From the IMG/VR virus record IMGVR_UViG_3300043470_000556, positions 1 to 61,091 of that record: a DNA stretch of 61,091 nucleotides. One strand, written 5' to 3'. The stretch comes from a virus. Taxonomy: Duplodnaviria; Caudoviricetes. Below the pieces are notes generated by a model, which worked only from the letters and a program-made list of their open reading frames with translations, was not told the origin of the DNA and did no database searches. A program made the position numbers and the translations under genes. Shown in pieces: positions 50,052 to 58,623 of this stretch (its first letter is position 1; every line of letters starts with the position of its first letter).

Positions 50052-52103
50052 TTACTTGGTCAGGGCTCTATAAACCCCGTCAAAGTTAGCAGGAGGTTCG
50101 CCCTCCATGCGCTCGAGCATCATATCATAGTAATTATTTAACTCTCCACGCCAGCAGTCTTTAAGATCGCTGGCGTATTTTTTAGCAACTTCCCATTTAC
50201 CTTGGCGATAAAGTTCGATGAATTTCTTATGCTGTAACTCTGATGCTGCTTCAAAGAATGGCAGAACTGTATAGATTGAAACTGGTTTTGTTTTGCCTTT
50301 AACAGCAATCAAGTCAAGTTCGACTACTTGGTATACATCCCCCACCGATTCGGCCGTTTGTGGTCCGACGACGAGTTTGACGCCATAAGGTTTGGATTGA
50401 CCTTCGAGACGAGCAGCCAGATTAACGCCGTCACCCAGACAAGTATAATCGAAACGCTGATCGCTGCCCATATTGCCAACAACCACAGTGGCAGTGTTAA
50501 TACCAAGACCCATACCGAAAGCGGGAATGCCTTCTTCTTTAATGTCTTCATTGAAAATCTCCAAGTCTTTTAGCATCTGAAAGGAAGTTCGAACTGCGTC
50601 CAGTGCATGTTGCTTATTATCCAACGGTGCATTCCAGAATGCCATCTGCGCATCACCGATATACTTATCAAGTGTACCGTTGTTTTCGAGAATCGCCCTT
50701 GTCATAACTGTCATGTAACGATTCATAATCTTTGTTAGACCTTGAACGTCATCGCCGTAGTGCTCAGAAATCGTAGTGAATCCACGAACGTCTGTAAACA
50801 TGATCGACAGTTCTCTAGAGTCACCACCAAGTTGTAGTAGTTCTGGTTGACGCTGTAGTTGTGCAACAAGATCTGGCGACAGGTACGTACCGAACTGCTT
50901 CTTAATTTGTTGCTTCTGTAGATACTCGCTAATGAACTTGGCAGTGTAGAGATGAATGTAGATTAGAGCAATCGCGAGTACGTTAAATGTAACATCAAGC
51001 AAAATACCCTGTTGCGCAAACAGGTATACTGGTAAATAGAAATATCCGCCCAACAGAACTGCGATAAATATAATCGAGAATCTGAATCGAGAAAGAATGA
51101 TCAATGCCAGCGCAAGACCCAGAAAAGCAGCAAGATCCGCAATTGCTGACCAGTTCGGTATCGCAACCGAATCCCCATTTATCAGAGTTTCAAGAATACT
51201 CGCCTGAAGGACGTGGGGATGTTGCTCACCTTGTGGAGTCGCTACAGGGTTCGCTATACCAGCAGCAGTTACGCCAACAATCACAATTTTCCCGTCAAGA
51301 CGAGGAATATCACCACCTACTTCAACAGATGGAAATACGTAATTGGGGTTGATGAACACCCGACTATATTCATCTGTTTTAATTGTTTCAAAAGAAGGAA
51401 TTCGTAATGCTTCGACCCCAGTCTGATTTATCTTGGCTTGATATGAAGAGTCTCCTGCAGCTACACGCAGCATCTCTAGAGCAAATGCGGGATAGTATTC
51501 GCCTGATGTTTGAGATAGAAGAGGAACTCGCCTTACAACCCCATCACTCTCGGGTAGGGTTGACGTTATCCCAACACCGACTGCGGCTTCTTGAAGAATT
51601 GAGATATTACTTAGAACGCACGGGTATTGAGGAAGAAATTCAGTTGCTTCTCCATCGCCGATTACGGCAACGCCTGTCCTCCGAATTGTCGCACTTGCCC
51701 GAGAACAAGAATCGCTTACCGTCTGACTCAAAACCACTGGATACTGATTTAGGGTATCCGCAAGAACTCGATCAGTCCCCATCCGATCAGACTCAGGCAT
51801 AAGTATAGTGCTACCAACAACAGCAGCCCCTCGACTATAAAGGTCGTTAATAATTTTAGCATGGACTTCCCTCGGGAAAGGCCACTGACCATATTTCTCA
51901 ATTGCTTTCTCCCCAATATTGACTGTTACAATTTGCTCGGATTGCGTCGGCGAACCGAGCATCAAATAATCATAAAACTTCAATCTCGTGGATTCAACCA
52001 TGTATGGATCAGATAGTTTTACCCAAAGAAGAATACTAAAAGTAAGTAGTGCCAACCAAGGCGAGAGTAAAACTTTTTTAGTTCTTTGTGTAAGAGTATC
52101 CAT
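50052..52103 (-). CDS. CHASE2-domain class III adenylyl cyclase (membrane-anchored)
   Basis: N-terminal TM; CHASE2 motifs (V.I.E..I..YGQWP.PR, DGVVRRVPL, GKIV.VG.TA.G); three TM helices; cyclase motifs FTDVRGFT, DKYIGDA.MA, GIN...GNMGS..R.DYT..GD.VNLAARLE and VKGK. Confidence 0.95.
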   Translation of the reverse strand: MDTLTQRTKKVLLSPWLALLTFSILLWVKLSDPYMVESTRLKFYDYLMLGSPTQSEQIVTVNIGEKAIEKYGQWPFPREVHAKIINDLYSRGAAVVGSTILMPESDRMGTDRVLADTLNQYPVVLSQTVSDSCSRASATIRRTGVAVIGDGEATEFLPQYPCVLSNISILQEAAVGVGITSTLPESDGVVRRVPLLSQTSGEYYPAFALEMLRVAAGDSSYQAKINQTGVEALRIPSFETIKTDEYSRVFINPNYVFPSVEVGGDIPRLDGKIVIVGVTAAGIANPVATPQGEQHPHVLQASILETLINGDSVAIPNWSAIADLAAFLGLALALIILSRFRFSIIFIAVLLGGYFYLPVYLFAQQGILLDVTFNVLAIALIYIHLYTAKFISEYLQKQQIKKQFGTYLSPDLVAQLQRQPELLQLGGDSRELSIMFTDVRGFTTISEHYGDDVQGLTKIMNRYMTVMTRAILENNGTLDKYIGDAQMAFWNAPLDNKQHALDAVRTSFQMLKDLEIFNEDIKEEGIPAFGMGLGINTATVVVGNMGSDQRFDYTCLGDGVNLAARLEGQSKPYGVKLVVGPQTAESVGDVYQVVELDLIAVKGKTKPVSIYTVLPFFEAASELQHKKFIELYRQGKWEVAKKYASDLKDCWRGELNNYYDMMLERMEGEPPANFDGVYRALTK

Positions 52104-53532
52104 TACATGGTCCAGTCGTGCATGTTATTTCCATTTTCGCAGAGTCGGCAGCAGTCAAGTTATTTTGTGTGACAGTTACACCAATTCCAGGACTATTTAG
52201 TAAAAGTTGAAATTGCTTTGCAGACGCACCTAATTGAGTCACCGATGCAGTAACTCCGCCGAATGGTGCATCAATTTGTAAAAAGTGATTACCTGCACCC
52301 TGTTGTAAGGTGCTGATATTATTAGAGTTTCCTAAAGCATTGATAAACAACGATTTTCCGTTAGCATCTTTTTGTTGTGCAGTTATTTGATTGCTTAGAC
52401 CATTGGTCACAATCTCGGCGTATTTACCATTATATTGTTGTGTCAACGATACTATATTGTTATTACCAGTTACTGATACTTCTGCTAAGTTCTTACCGAT
52501 TGGTGTTGTTGCTGTGCCTTGATTGATAGTAATGCTGTTGCCGCTACCATTGATTGTCATAGCTGGTGCGCCATTGACACCACGAATCTGGTTCTGCTTA
52601 GAAAACTGTTCAATATAAACTGAGTTGTTAGACCCAGTTGCATTAATGTATATTGAGTTTTGTGTAATTGCGTTTGTTTGATTAATCTTTAGCGATTGGT
52701 TAGCACTAATCGATGCCAGTGGATAAGTTGGTTCTGGTGGTGTTGGCGCAGGAGGTGGTGGAGCAGAAGAACCAGCATTTGGTTGAACTGGAGTAAACGT
52801 TGTTCCGTTTAAAGAGGTTGTTCCTTGCATCTGATCGATAAACAGAATTGGTGACAATGCGGTATCTCCAAGATTGAACGAAGCAAATCCTAATAGATAA
52901 TTTCCGTCAGCAGGAACGGTGAACACGGCAACTTGCCAACCAGTGGCACCATATGAATTTGTCGAATAGTTACCAGTTCCAGGATTAGTAAATCCGAGAA
53001 GAGCAAAGTTTTGAGTTTGCCCATTGATTGTTGGAGTGCCATTGCCACCAGTAACAGTGATCATCGATCCGTCATTGTATGGAACATAGTCAGTAGATAG
53101 ATACTGCCAAGCATAAGTGTAAGTCACACCTGCTTGGAGAAATACTGTTCTACTAATAGAAGTTGCGTTTGTGGGATACATGTTGCCATTAGAGTAAATG
53201 GTATTCTTGATTGATGTAATCACAGAACTTTGTAGTCCCAGCGTCGTCATGGCACTATCAAAACCAGGAGAACCTCCTCCTGCTTGTAGTGACACCATGT
53301 AAGAACCATATGGAGTAACTGTCCAGCACTTACCTCCACCTGGACAATAGTTAGTCATACCAGTTGTAACTTGAACACCCGAACCATCTGGACCCCATGT
53401 GGTTCTTGCTGTAGTCGAACCATTACTGACAGTCCATCCAGCATAGTCGCCATTCTCGAAACCGTAGTTTGTAACTTGCGCAAATGTTGGCATTGCAAAG
53501 AACAGTAGAAAGAGAGCAATTAGTCTTTTCAT
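52078..53532 (-). CDS. Secreted protein: N-terminal beta-sandwich, Pro linker, C-terminal curlin-like repeats
   Basis: Signal peptide (..PTFA|Q), NYGFENGD..GW, and C-terminal G.NN.(V/I)...Q repeats. Confidence 0.7.
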   Translation of the reverse strand: MKRLIALFLLFFAMPTFAQVTNYGFENGDYAGWTVSNGSTTARTTWGPDGSGVQVTTGMTNYCPGGGKCWTVTPYGSYMVSLQAGGGSPGFDSAMTTLGLQSSVITSIKNTIYSNGNMYPTNATSISRTVFLQAGVTYTYAWQYLSTDYVPYNDGSMITVTGGNGTPTINGQTQNFALLGFTNPGTGNYSTNSYGATGWQVAVFTVPADGNYLLGFASFNLGDTALSPILFIDQMQGTTSLNGTTFTPVQPNAGSSAPPPPAPTPPEPTYPLASISANQSLKINQTNAITQNSIYINATGSNNSVYIEQFSKQNQIRGVNGAPAMTINGSGNSITINQGTATTPIGKNLAEVSVTGNNNIVSLTQQYNGKYAEIVTNGLSNQITAQQKDANGKSLFINALGNSNNISTLQQGAGNHFLQIDAPFGGVTASVTQLGASAKQFQLLLNSPGIGVTVTQNNLTAADSAKMEITCTTGPCNGYSYTKN

Positions 53533-54674
53533 CTTGCACCTGTTTCTTGTATTACTGTAATATTACCTTGTGGTCTGCCAGTTCCAGATGTTGTCCACTT
53601 GTCGTCCATAAAGTTATAAACATCCACAAGTCCATTCTGCACAGAAACAACTTGTGCTTCTGACCCCTTTTCTAACCAGATAGTGATTGCTTGTTGCTTG
53701 TCCTCGGATAAGCGAGTATACACCCACCCGACCTGAACGTTTTTCTTAAATGTAGGAGACACGTTAGTATAAACTGTTTCTGCTGGTTTCGTACCCTCAT
53801 TAAATTCAGCATAAACATCTAAAAGTTCTTGAGGTGTTGCTGGACGAAGCATCGCTATGGAAACTTGTTCGACGTTATCATTTGTGCCTGCATCTGGATC
53901 TTTATTATCGTCGGATGCTGCTTTAGAAGGATTGACAAATTTCTTTAAACTGTCTCTGGCAAGTTGCAAGAGACTTTGACCATCATCTGTTTCTAGTGGA
54001 ACAATCTGAACGTTATTGTCTAGTGACTTAATCAACGGATTGATTACCACTGGTGGTGCAGGAGGTGCAAAGTTGTTTTCGACAACAGTTGCTTGGAATG
54101 GTTTGTCTAATGTAACTACGCCCGATGCCGTAATGACATCAATCATACCATTAGGACATTCGGCAGTTTGTTTTGTAATATCTAATTCGTTATAGCATTC
54201 TGGAACCAGCACGACTGTAGAACGACCTGCTTCATCAACCGACATAACGAAGTCTGTCCCACGAACTGCGATAGTAGCAGTTGGTGTGCGAATGTTTACG
54301 CCTTTTCCGTTACCTTTGGCGATTTTACCTGAAGTGTATCTGACTGTTCCAAGCGCGACCCGAAGTCCAAGTTTGCCCTTCGTTTTCCCTCCCCCATCAT
54401 AGACAAAGTCGTCCACAAGAAGTCGAGAGTTTTCTGTAATATTGACTGTAGTCGAATCATTGAATGTAATCCTAAATCTACCTTGAGAGTTGGTGGACAC
54501 TGTGTCCATCTTTTCAACACCAGAACCTTTAGTTGCTGGTGTGGTCTTGGCGCCACGCTTAATAGCACCACCACCTCTGAAATCTGTTATCGACCCAATA
54601 CCAGCAACGGCAGGAGTCGATAACAGAAAAATCAGTAGAAGATTAGTGACCAGTTTTGATATTAAACGTGCCAT
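53529..54674 (-). CDS. FecR-domain periplasmic protein
   Basis: Signal peptide and D.V.T....RI.F.D.T.V.I.ENS.L..D...G..RY.SG.I...IRTP.ATI.VRGTDF. Start is uncertain (track gives 54686). Confidence 0.85.
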   Translation of the reverse strand: MARLISKLVTNLLLIFLLSTPAVAGIGSITDFRGGGAIKRGAKTTPATKGSGVEKMDTVSTNSQGRFRITFNDSTTVNITENSRLLVDDFVYDGGGKTKGKLGLRVALGTVRYTSGKIAKGNGKGVNIRTPTATIAVRGTDFVMSVDEAGRSTVVLVPECYNELDITKQTAECPNGMIDVITASGVVTLDKPFQATVVENNFAPPAPPVVINPLIKSLDNNVQIVPLETDDGQSLLQLARDSLKKFVNPSKAASDDNKDPDAGTNDNVEQVSIAMLRPATPQELLDVYAEFNEGTKPAETVYTNVSPTFKKNVQVGWVYTRLSEDKQQAITIWLEKGSEAQVVSVQNGLVDVYNFMDDKWTTSGTGRPQGNITVIQETGAR

Positions 54675-55416
54675 TAGATCCCACACTGTTAATGTTGATC
54701 ACAGTTTCCGATGCACCATATTGTTGTGTTGTAATAGTGTTTAGAGAACCTGTTAGATTTACATACAGAGAGTGACCGAATGTTCCACCAAGATCAGTTT
54801 GAGTAACATCAAAATCATTGTAGTTACCTGTTACTAGAATTGTTTGTGATGCATTTGGTGATAGTGCATCCATATTGATTGTGTTATTGTTACCGCTGAA
54901 GTCCATCGAGTTACGGATATTAGCACCTGAACCATGGAAAACAAACGAGTTGTTATTACCAGTGAACCTAGCATTCATATCAAGTTGATTACATGAAGTA
55001 TCTGCTTGTAATGTTCCGCAACGGATATCAGCGGTATTCAGGTCACCGATTTGACGAATTGTTACATCGGCGATTCCTTGTGCTCCTGTGTCGGATACGA
55101 CACCCATATAAAGCTGGTTTCCATTGCCTGTTTGAATTGCGATGACGCTTTGATTATCACCACGTAGGTAAATAGGATCGATAGCAGAACCGATGACATT
55201 AGCAGTCCCAGTTTGAACAACGTTAACATCTACGTTACCCCCTTCTTGATCAATATAAACCTTGTTGGTTGTAGCAACAGAATTCGCATCTGTTTCATTT
55301 GGCGAAGTCGTTACAATTGCTGGAGGTGTTGGTGCTGTTGGTAGCACAGTTTGTGCAATCGCAGATGTTCCATAACAAAGAGCAGCGCCAACGAATAAAA
55401 ACTTACTTAGTTTCAT
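54643..55416 (-). CDS. Curlin-repeat-like secreted protein (CsgA/CsgB-like)
   Basis: Signal peptide MKLSKFLFVGAALCYGTSAIA, N.VYIDQ.G, and repeated Q.G..N / G.NN units. Start adjusted to 55416. Confidence 0.7.
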   Translation of the reverse strand: MKLSKFLFVGAALCYGTSAIAQTVLPTAPTPPAIVTTSPNETDANSVATTNKVYIDQEGGNVDVNVVQTGTANVIGSAIDPIYLRGDNQSVIAIQTGNGNQLYMGVVSDTGAQGIADVTIRQIGDLNTADIRCGTLQADTSCNQLDMNARFTGNNNSFVFHGSGANIRNSMDFSGNNNTINMDALSPNASQTILVTGNYNDFDVTQTDLGGTFGHSLYVNLTGSLNTITTQQYGASETVININSVGSNGTFNIKTGH

Positions 55417-56227
55417 TTGTCGTTTCCTTTTGTTTGAATCTCCATAGACTTTTCTTTTCACCATCCTTGATTAACTCAACAACGGCCGTTTCTATGGCAG
55501 AACGGATCGCATAACTACCTGCTTCATTACTTGTTTGTTGTCCATCAAATTCAAATGCTTTTGTTGCCATGTCGAAGAATGTGAAAGCAGTAACTCCCTC
55601 GGAAGTGGAGAGAACAGTTTTCTCCACAGTAACCGAATTAAGAACTTCACCAGTCTGGACAGAAACAAGGCGAAGACTGACTGTAACTTGGTCTTGTGTA
55701 TATTGCTGGTATGGACCGACGCCGAGGAAACGAGCACCAGTACCGCCAGTCTTGATGTTTGAGTTGTAGTCGATGATACCACCTTCTATGATGATACCCG
55801 CAACTTTCAACGGAGGCAGAGGTTCCGCACCTTCGCCTGAAATCTGTTCGCGCATCTGGCGGACAAGTTGACGTTCTTTGATCAGCGAATCAATACCGAC
55901 ACGCTCCACAGGAACAAACCACTTACCGTCGCCTGTATCTTGTAGTGTTTTGATCAAATATGCATCAGCACCCTGAGTAACCGCAGTAGAGAAACTTGCA
56001 AGGGTTGACGATGGTTTACGTTGACCAGTTCTATCAGTGAACGAGTATAGAGCGATAGGAATTGGTTGTCCATCTAACTCTGGTAGATTCTTGAACAGTT
56101 TTGGATTAGCAAAACGCTTGACTTCGGCATCGTCTCTAAAGAGATATGATTGGTTGGTGGTAGGATGAAGTGCACCAACACAACCAGAAGTTGCGAGAAG
56201 AAGTGGAAGGAGAATTAACTTTTTCAT
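55403..56227 (-). CDS. csgG: Curli secretion channel CsgG (lipoprotein)
   Basis: Lipobox-like LATSGC; A.Y.F.D.TGQRK...FSTAVTQG...L...WF..VER...L.KERQ..R...EGGII.Y...GG.GARF.G.G...Y..D.V.V.LR.V...TGEV...AIE.AV. Start adjusted to MKKLIL. Confidence 0.92.
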   Translation of the reverse strand: MKKLILLPLLLATSGCVGALHPTTNQSYLFRDDAEVKRFANPKLFKNLPELDGQPIPIALYSFTDRTGQRKPSSTLASFSTAVTQGADAYLIKTLQDTGDGKWFVPVERVGIDSLIKERQLVRQMREQISGEGAEPLPPLKVAGIIIEGGIIDYNSNIKTGGTGARFLGVGPYQQYTQDQVTVSLRLVSVQTGEVLNSVTVEKTVLSTSEGVTAFTFFDMATKAFEFDGQQTSNEAGSYAIRSAIETAVVELIKDGEKKSLWRFKQKETTNETK

Positions 56228-56237
56228 GGTCATCTCC

Positions 56238-56687
56238 TTAGAACGCAAACGTAGCAATAGGAACAGTAACAACCGTAGTGTTACCATTTTTATCGACAAC
56301 AGTTAGTGTGACTTCTGTTCCAGTTTTAACATAACTTACAGAATTGCCATCAAGATTGAATGTTCCTGTGCTGGCATTCCCACCTTCTGCGAACAGATTG
56401 TTTGAAAGTTGTGTAGCAAGTTGCGCATACACCTGAGAGGTAAACAGCGCCATGAACTTTGCCAGAGGAGTGTTTGATGCCTCTGCTCTTGCTAGTGCTG
56501 CCTTTGCTGCCTCAGCATCTTTGATTGCCTGTTCACGCGAACGCTCTTGCGCATCAATCGATTGCACATGCGAAGACCACCCGTAACCAGTAAAGGAAGG
56601 TGATTTAAATTGTTGAACTATGGGGTCGGCAAATGCTGGACTACTTAGACTTAGTAGTAGCAGGAGCATCGTCGCTCGTTTTAACAT
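56238..56687 (-). CDS. csgF: Curli assembly protein CsgF-like
   Basis: Signal peptide followed by QQFKSPSFTG, similar to the CsgF mature N-terminus F.NP.F.G; immediately upstream of csgG. Confidence 0.8.
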   Translation of the reverse strand: MLKRATMLLLLLSLSSPAFADPIVQQFKSPSFTGYGWSSHVQSIDAQERSREQAIKDAEAAKAALARAEASNTPLAKFMALFTSQVYAQLATQLSNNLFAEGGNASTGTFNLDGNSVSYVKTGTEVTLTVVDKNGNTTVVTVPIATFAF

Positions 56688-56778
56688 CTTTCTCTTCCTT
56701 TATTTTTTTATTATCTGAAGAAAAATTTAAATCAAACGTAAATACTTTAAGGATCTCAATCTTTAGATTTATGGTCAC
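56641..56778 (-). CDS. Small hypothetical protein (45 aa)
   Basis: Strong RBS GGAGG then GTG. Translation MTINLKIEILKVFTFDLNFSSDNKKIKEEKDVKTSDDAPATTKSK; overlaps both neighbours. Confidence 0.45.
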   Translation of the reverse strand: MTINLKIEILKVFTFDLNFSSDNKKIKEEKDVKTSDDAPATTKSK

Positions 56779-57019
56779 TGTGATCCTCCTTTATTTGCAA
56801 TACAACGCTCACCTTCTGGTTTAATCTTATCAAATCGTTATCTAACATACGAACACGGTCAATCAACGCAATTAAAATCACATTGGTTTCACCAATCAAC
56901 GGCATCAACTTATCAGTTACGAATTTATAAATGAACCAAACGAAATAACCCATGCCGACAGATGCGACAATTGGGAATCCATATTGCTTAACTAGTTCTG
57001 CTACAATAGAAGGATCCAT
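56756..57019 (-). CDS. Small single-TM protein with coiled-coil tail
   Basis: YGFPI.A..G.G.F..F TM segment and LIDRVRMLDNDLIRL; paralogue of the next gene. Confidence 0.8.
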   Translation of the reverse strand: MDPSIVAELVKQYGFPIVASVGMGYFVWFIYKFVTDKLMPLIGETNVILIALIDRVRMLDNDLIRLNQKVSVVLQIKEDHSDHKSKD

Positions 57020-57306
57020 TAATCTTTCCGAGCATCGTTCTTCCCGTCTGCTCGTGCAATTCTATCTAGATCTGGTTTGAGACCTAAAGCGGAACTGACA
57101 ACTGCATCAACGCGAATAATATCATGGTTCATAGTTTTCACTCGGTTATCTAACCCCATGATGATACCCTGCATTCCCTTGAGTGCTTTAACAACACTTT
57201 CAAGAATGTAGTTGATGACAAAATATACGAATACACCCGCAAGTAAGGCACCTGCGATCGGGAAACCAACGTCTCCGATTAGTTTAAAAATAACATCGTA
57301 ATTCAT
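57019..57306 (-). CDS. Small single-TM protein with coiled-coil tail
   Basis: VGFPIAGA...G.FVYF TM segment and LDNRVKTMNHDIIRVD; TAATG coupled. Confidence 0.8.
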   Translation of the reverse strand: MNYDVIFKLIGDVGFPIAGALLAGVFVYFVINYILESVVKALKGMQGIIMGLDNRVKTMNHDIIRVDAVVSSALGLKPDLDRIARADGKNDARKD

Positions 57307-57311
57307 ACGAC

Positions 57312-57319
57312 TATTTATA
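57312..57319 (-). promoter_or_regulatory. T4-type late promoter at the head of the curli/cyclase operon
   Basis: Exact TATAAATA in the 18-nt intergenic gap. Confidence 0.7.
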
Positions 57320-57324
57320 AGATT

Positions 57325-58590
57325 TTACTTGGCACCGTTAAATTTAACTGCTAAATTCAGGAATTGTCCCAATTTATGTTGAACGCCAACCTTGTTGGAT
57401 CTTATACTGAAATTGAGTTTAGTAGTCTTCAGATTACAAGTCAATGATATGTCAAAATTCTGTTTTGACGTGGTGGATTTAGTAATCTTCAGTCCACCAG
57501 TTTTCTTAGACCTTACGACGCATGATTTAATTATATCCTCGTCCGTCTGCATTTCAAAATCGCCTGTCGTTTCAATTGCCTTCACAACAACCAGAGGAAC
57601 ACCGTCTTGTTCGCCAGCAACGACTTCTGTTAACCATTTCTTTGTGGTGGCATCATTTGCTGATAATATTTCTACCAGTTTAGATCTCATGTACTCCAAG
57701 ACAGCATCATACCGCTTATCATAATCTTGTTTGTTAGAAATCTCGTATTTACCCAATGAATCGTAAAACTCTCTAGATCCAATCTTCTTAGGGTCTTTCG
57801 GCATTCCTGGAATATCAACATAGAACTGATTGTATGCCTCAACCTTCATCTTTTCGAAATCCGCTTTCTTACCGAACCACTCCACAATAGGATTTACATA
57901 TGTGTTCAACTTAGGTTCTTGCGTTTTAGCACCACCCGATTTTATAGAGGCACCAACCATAGAGTTGTCATTGAACTTTAAGAATATGTCACCTTTGTGG
58001 TTTGGAAGAACACCAGTTGGTTTATTTCTATATCCCCAGTAAACATCAGTTACTGGTTTGCCTTTATCTTGTTCGCGGATGAATTTAAGGACAGCAAGTG
58101 CGCCAGTTACTTTCTGTTTGAACTTCGTTGAGGTTTCTGCTTTATCTACGAATTCTTTCCCAGCAATGTTATCATTTCTAATATAGCAACTTAGATCTGG
58201 TCTGTTATTTTTTAATATTGCTGCGTAAAACTTATCAGTAGTAGTTAAATCCTGATTTTCAATCTTCGTTAAGAATGCGATACAAGGGAACAGTTCGGTG
58301 ATTGAAGAATTTAGAGTTGTTTCCTGCATCCCTCCACCACGTTTGTTCTTGTAAAGGATATTAAGACTTTGTCCCTCGATGACAGTTGCAGGAAAAGAGG
58401 AACCTGAAACGATTTGTTCTTTAAACTTGACTTCGTTATCTTTCAACGTCGACTCAAGAATACCCTTTGACTCTTGCCTGTCTTTATCGCAGTCGACTAC
58501 AATCTTTGAGGGCGTGGAAGATCTTATAGAAAACCCGTCCACACCCTCGATGATTTGTTTAATTTTATTGAGTTGCTCTATTGTTGCCAT
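57325..58590 (-). CDS. Putative PD-(D/E)xK restriction-endonuclease-like protein
   Basis: T.LNS.ITEL.P, W.YR.KP...H.GDIF..F...GASIK, a D...SxK variant active site. A TATAAATA lies at 58616-58623. Confidence 0.5.
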   Translation of the reverse strand: MATIEQLNKIKQIIEGVDGFSIRSSTPSKIVVDCDKDRQESKGILESTLKDNEVKFKEQIVSGSSFPATVIEGQSLNILYKNKRGGGMQETTLNSSITELFPCIAFLTKIENQDLTTTDKFYAAILKNNRPDLSCYIRNDNIAGKEFVDKAETSTKFKQKVTGALAVLKFIREQDKGKPVTDVYWGYRNKPTGVLPNHKGDIFLKFNDNSMVGASIKSGGAKTQEPKLNTYVNPIVEWFGKKADFEKMKVEAYNQFYVDIPGMPKDPKKIGSREFYDSLGKYEISNKQDYDKRYDAVLEYMRSKLVEILSANDATTKKWLTEVVAGEQDGVPLVVVKAIETTGDFEMQTDEDIIKSCVVRSKKTGGLKITKSTTSKQNFDISLTCNLKTTKLNFSIRSNKVGVQHKLGQFLNLAVKFNGAK

Positions 58591-58623
58591 CTTTATACTC
58601 ACATATGTTATGTAGTATTTATA

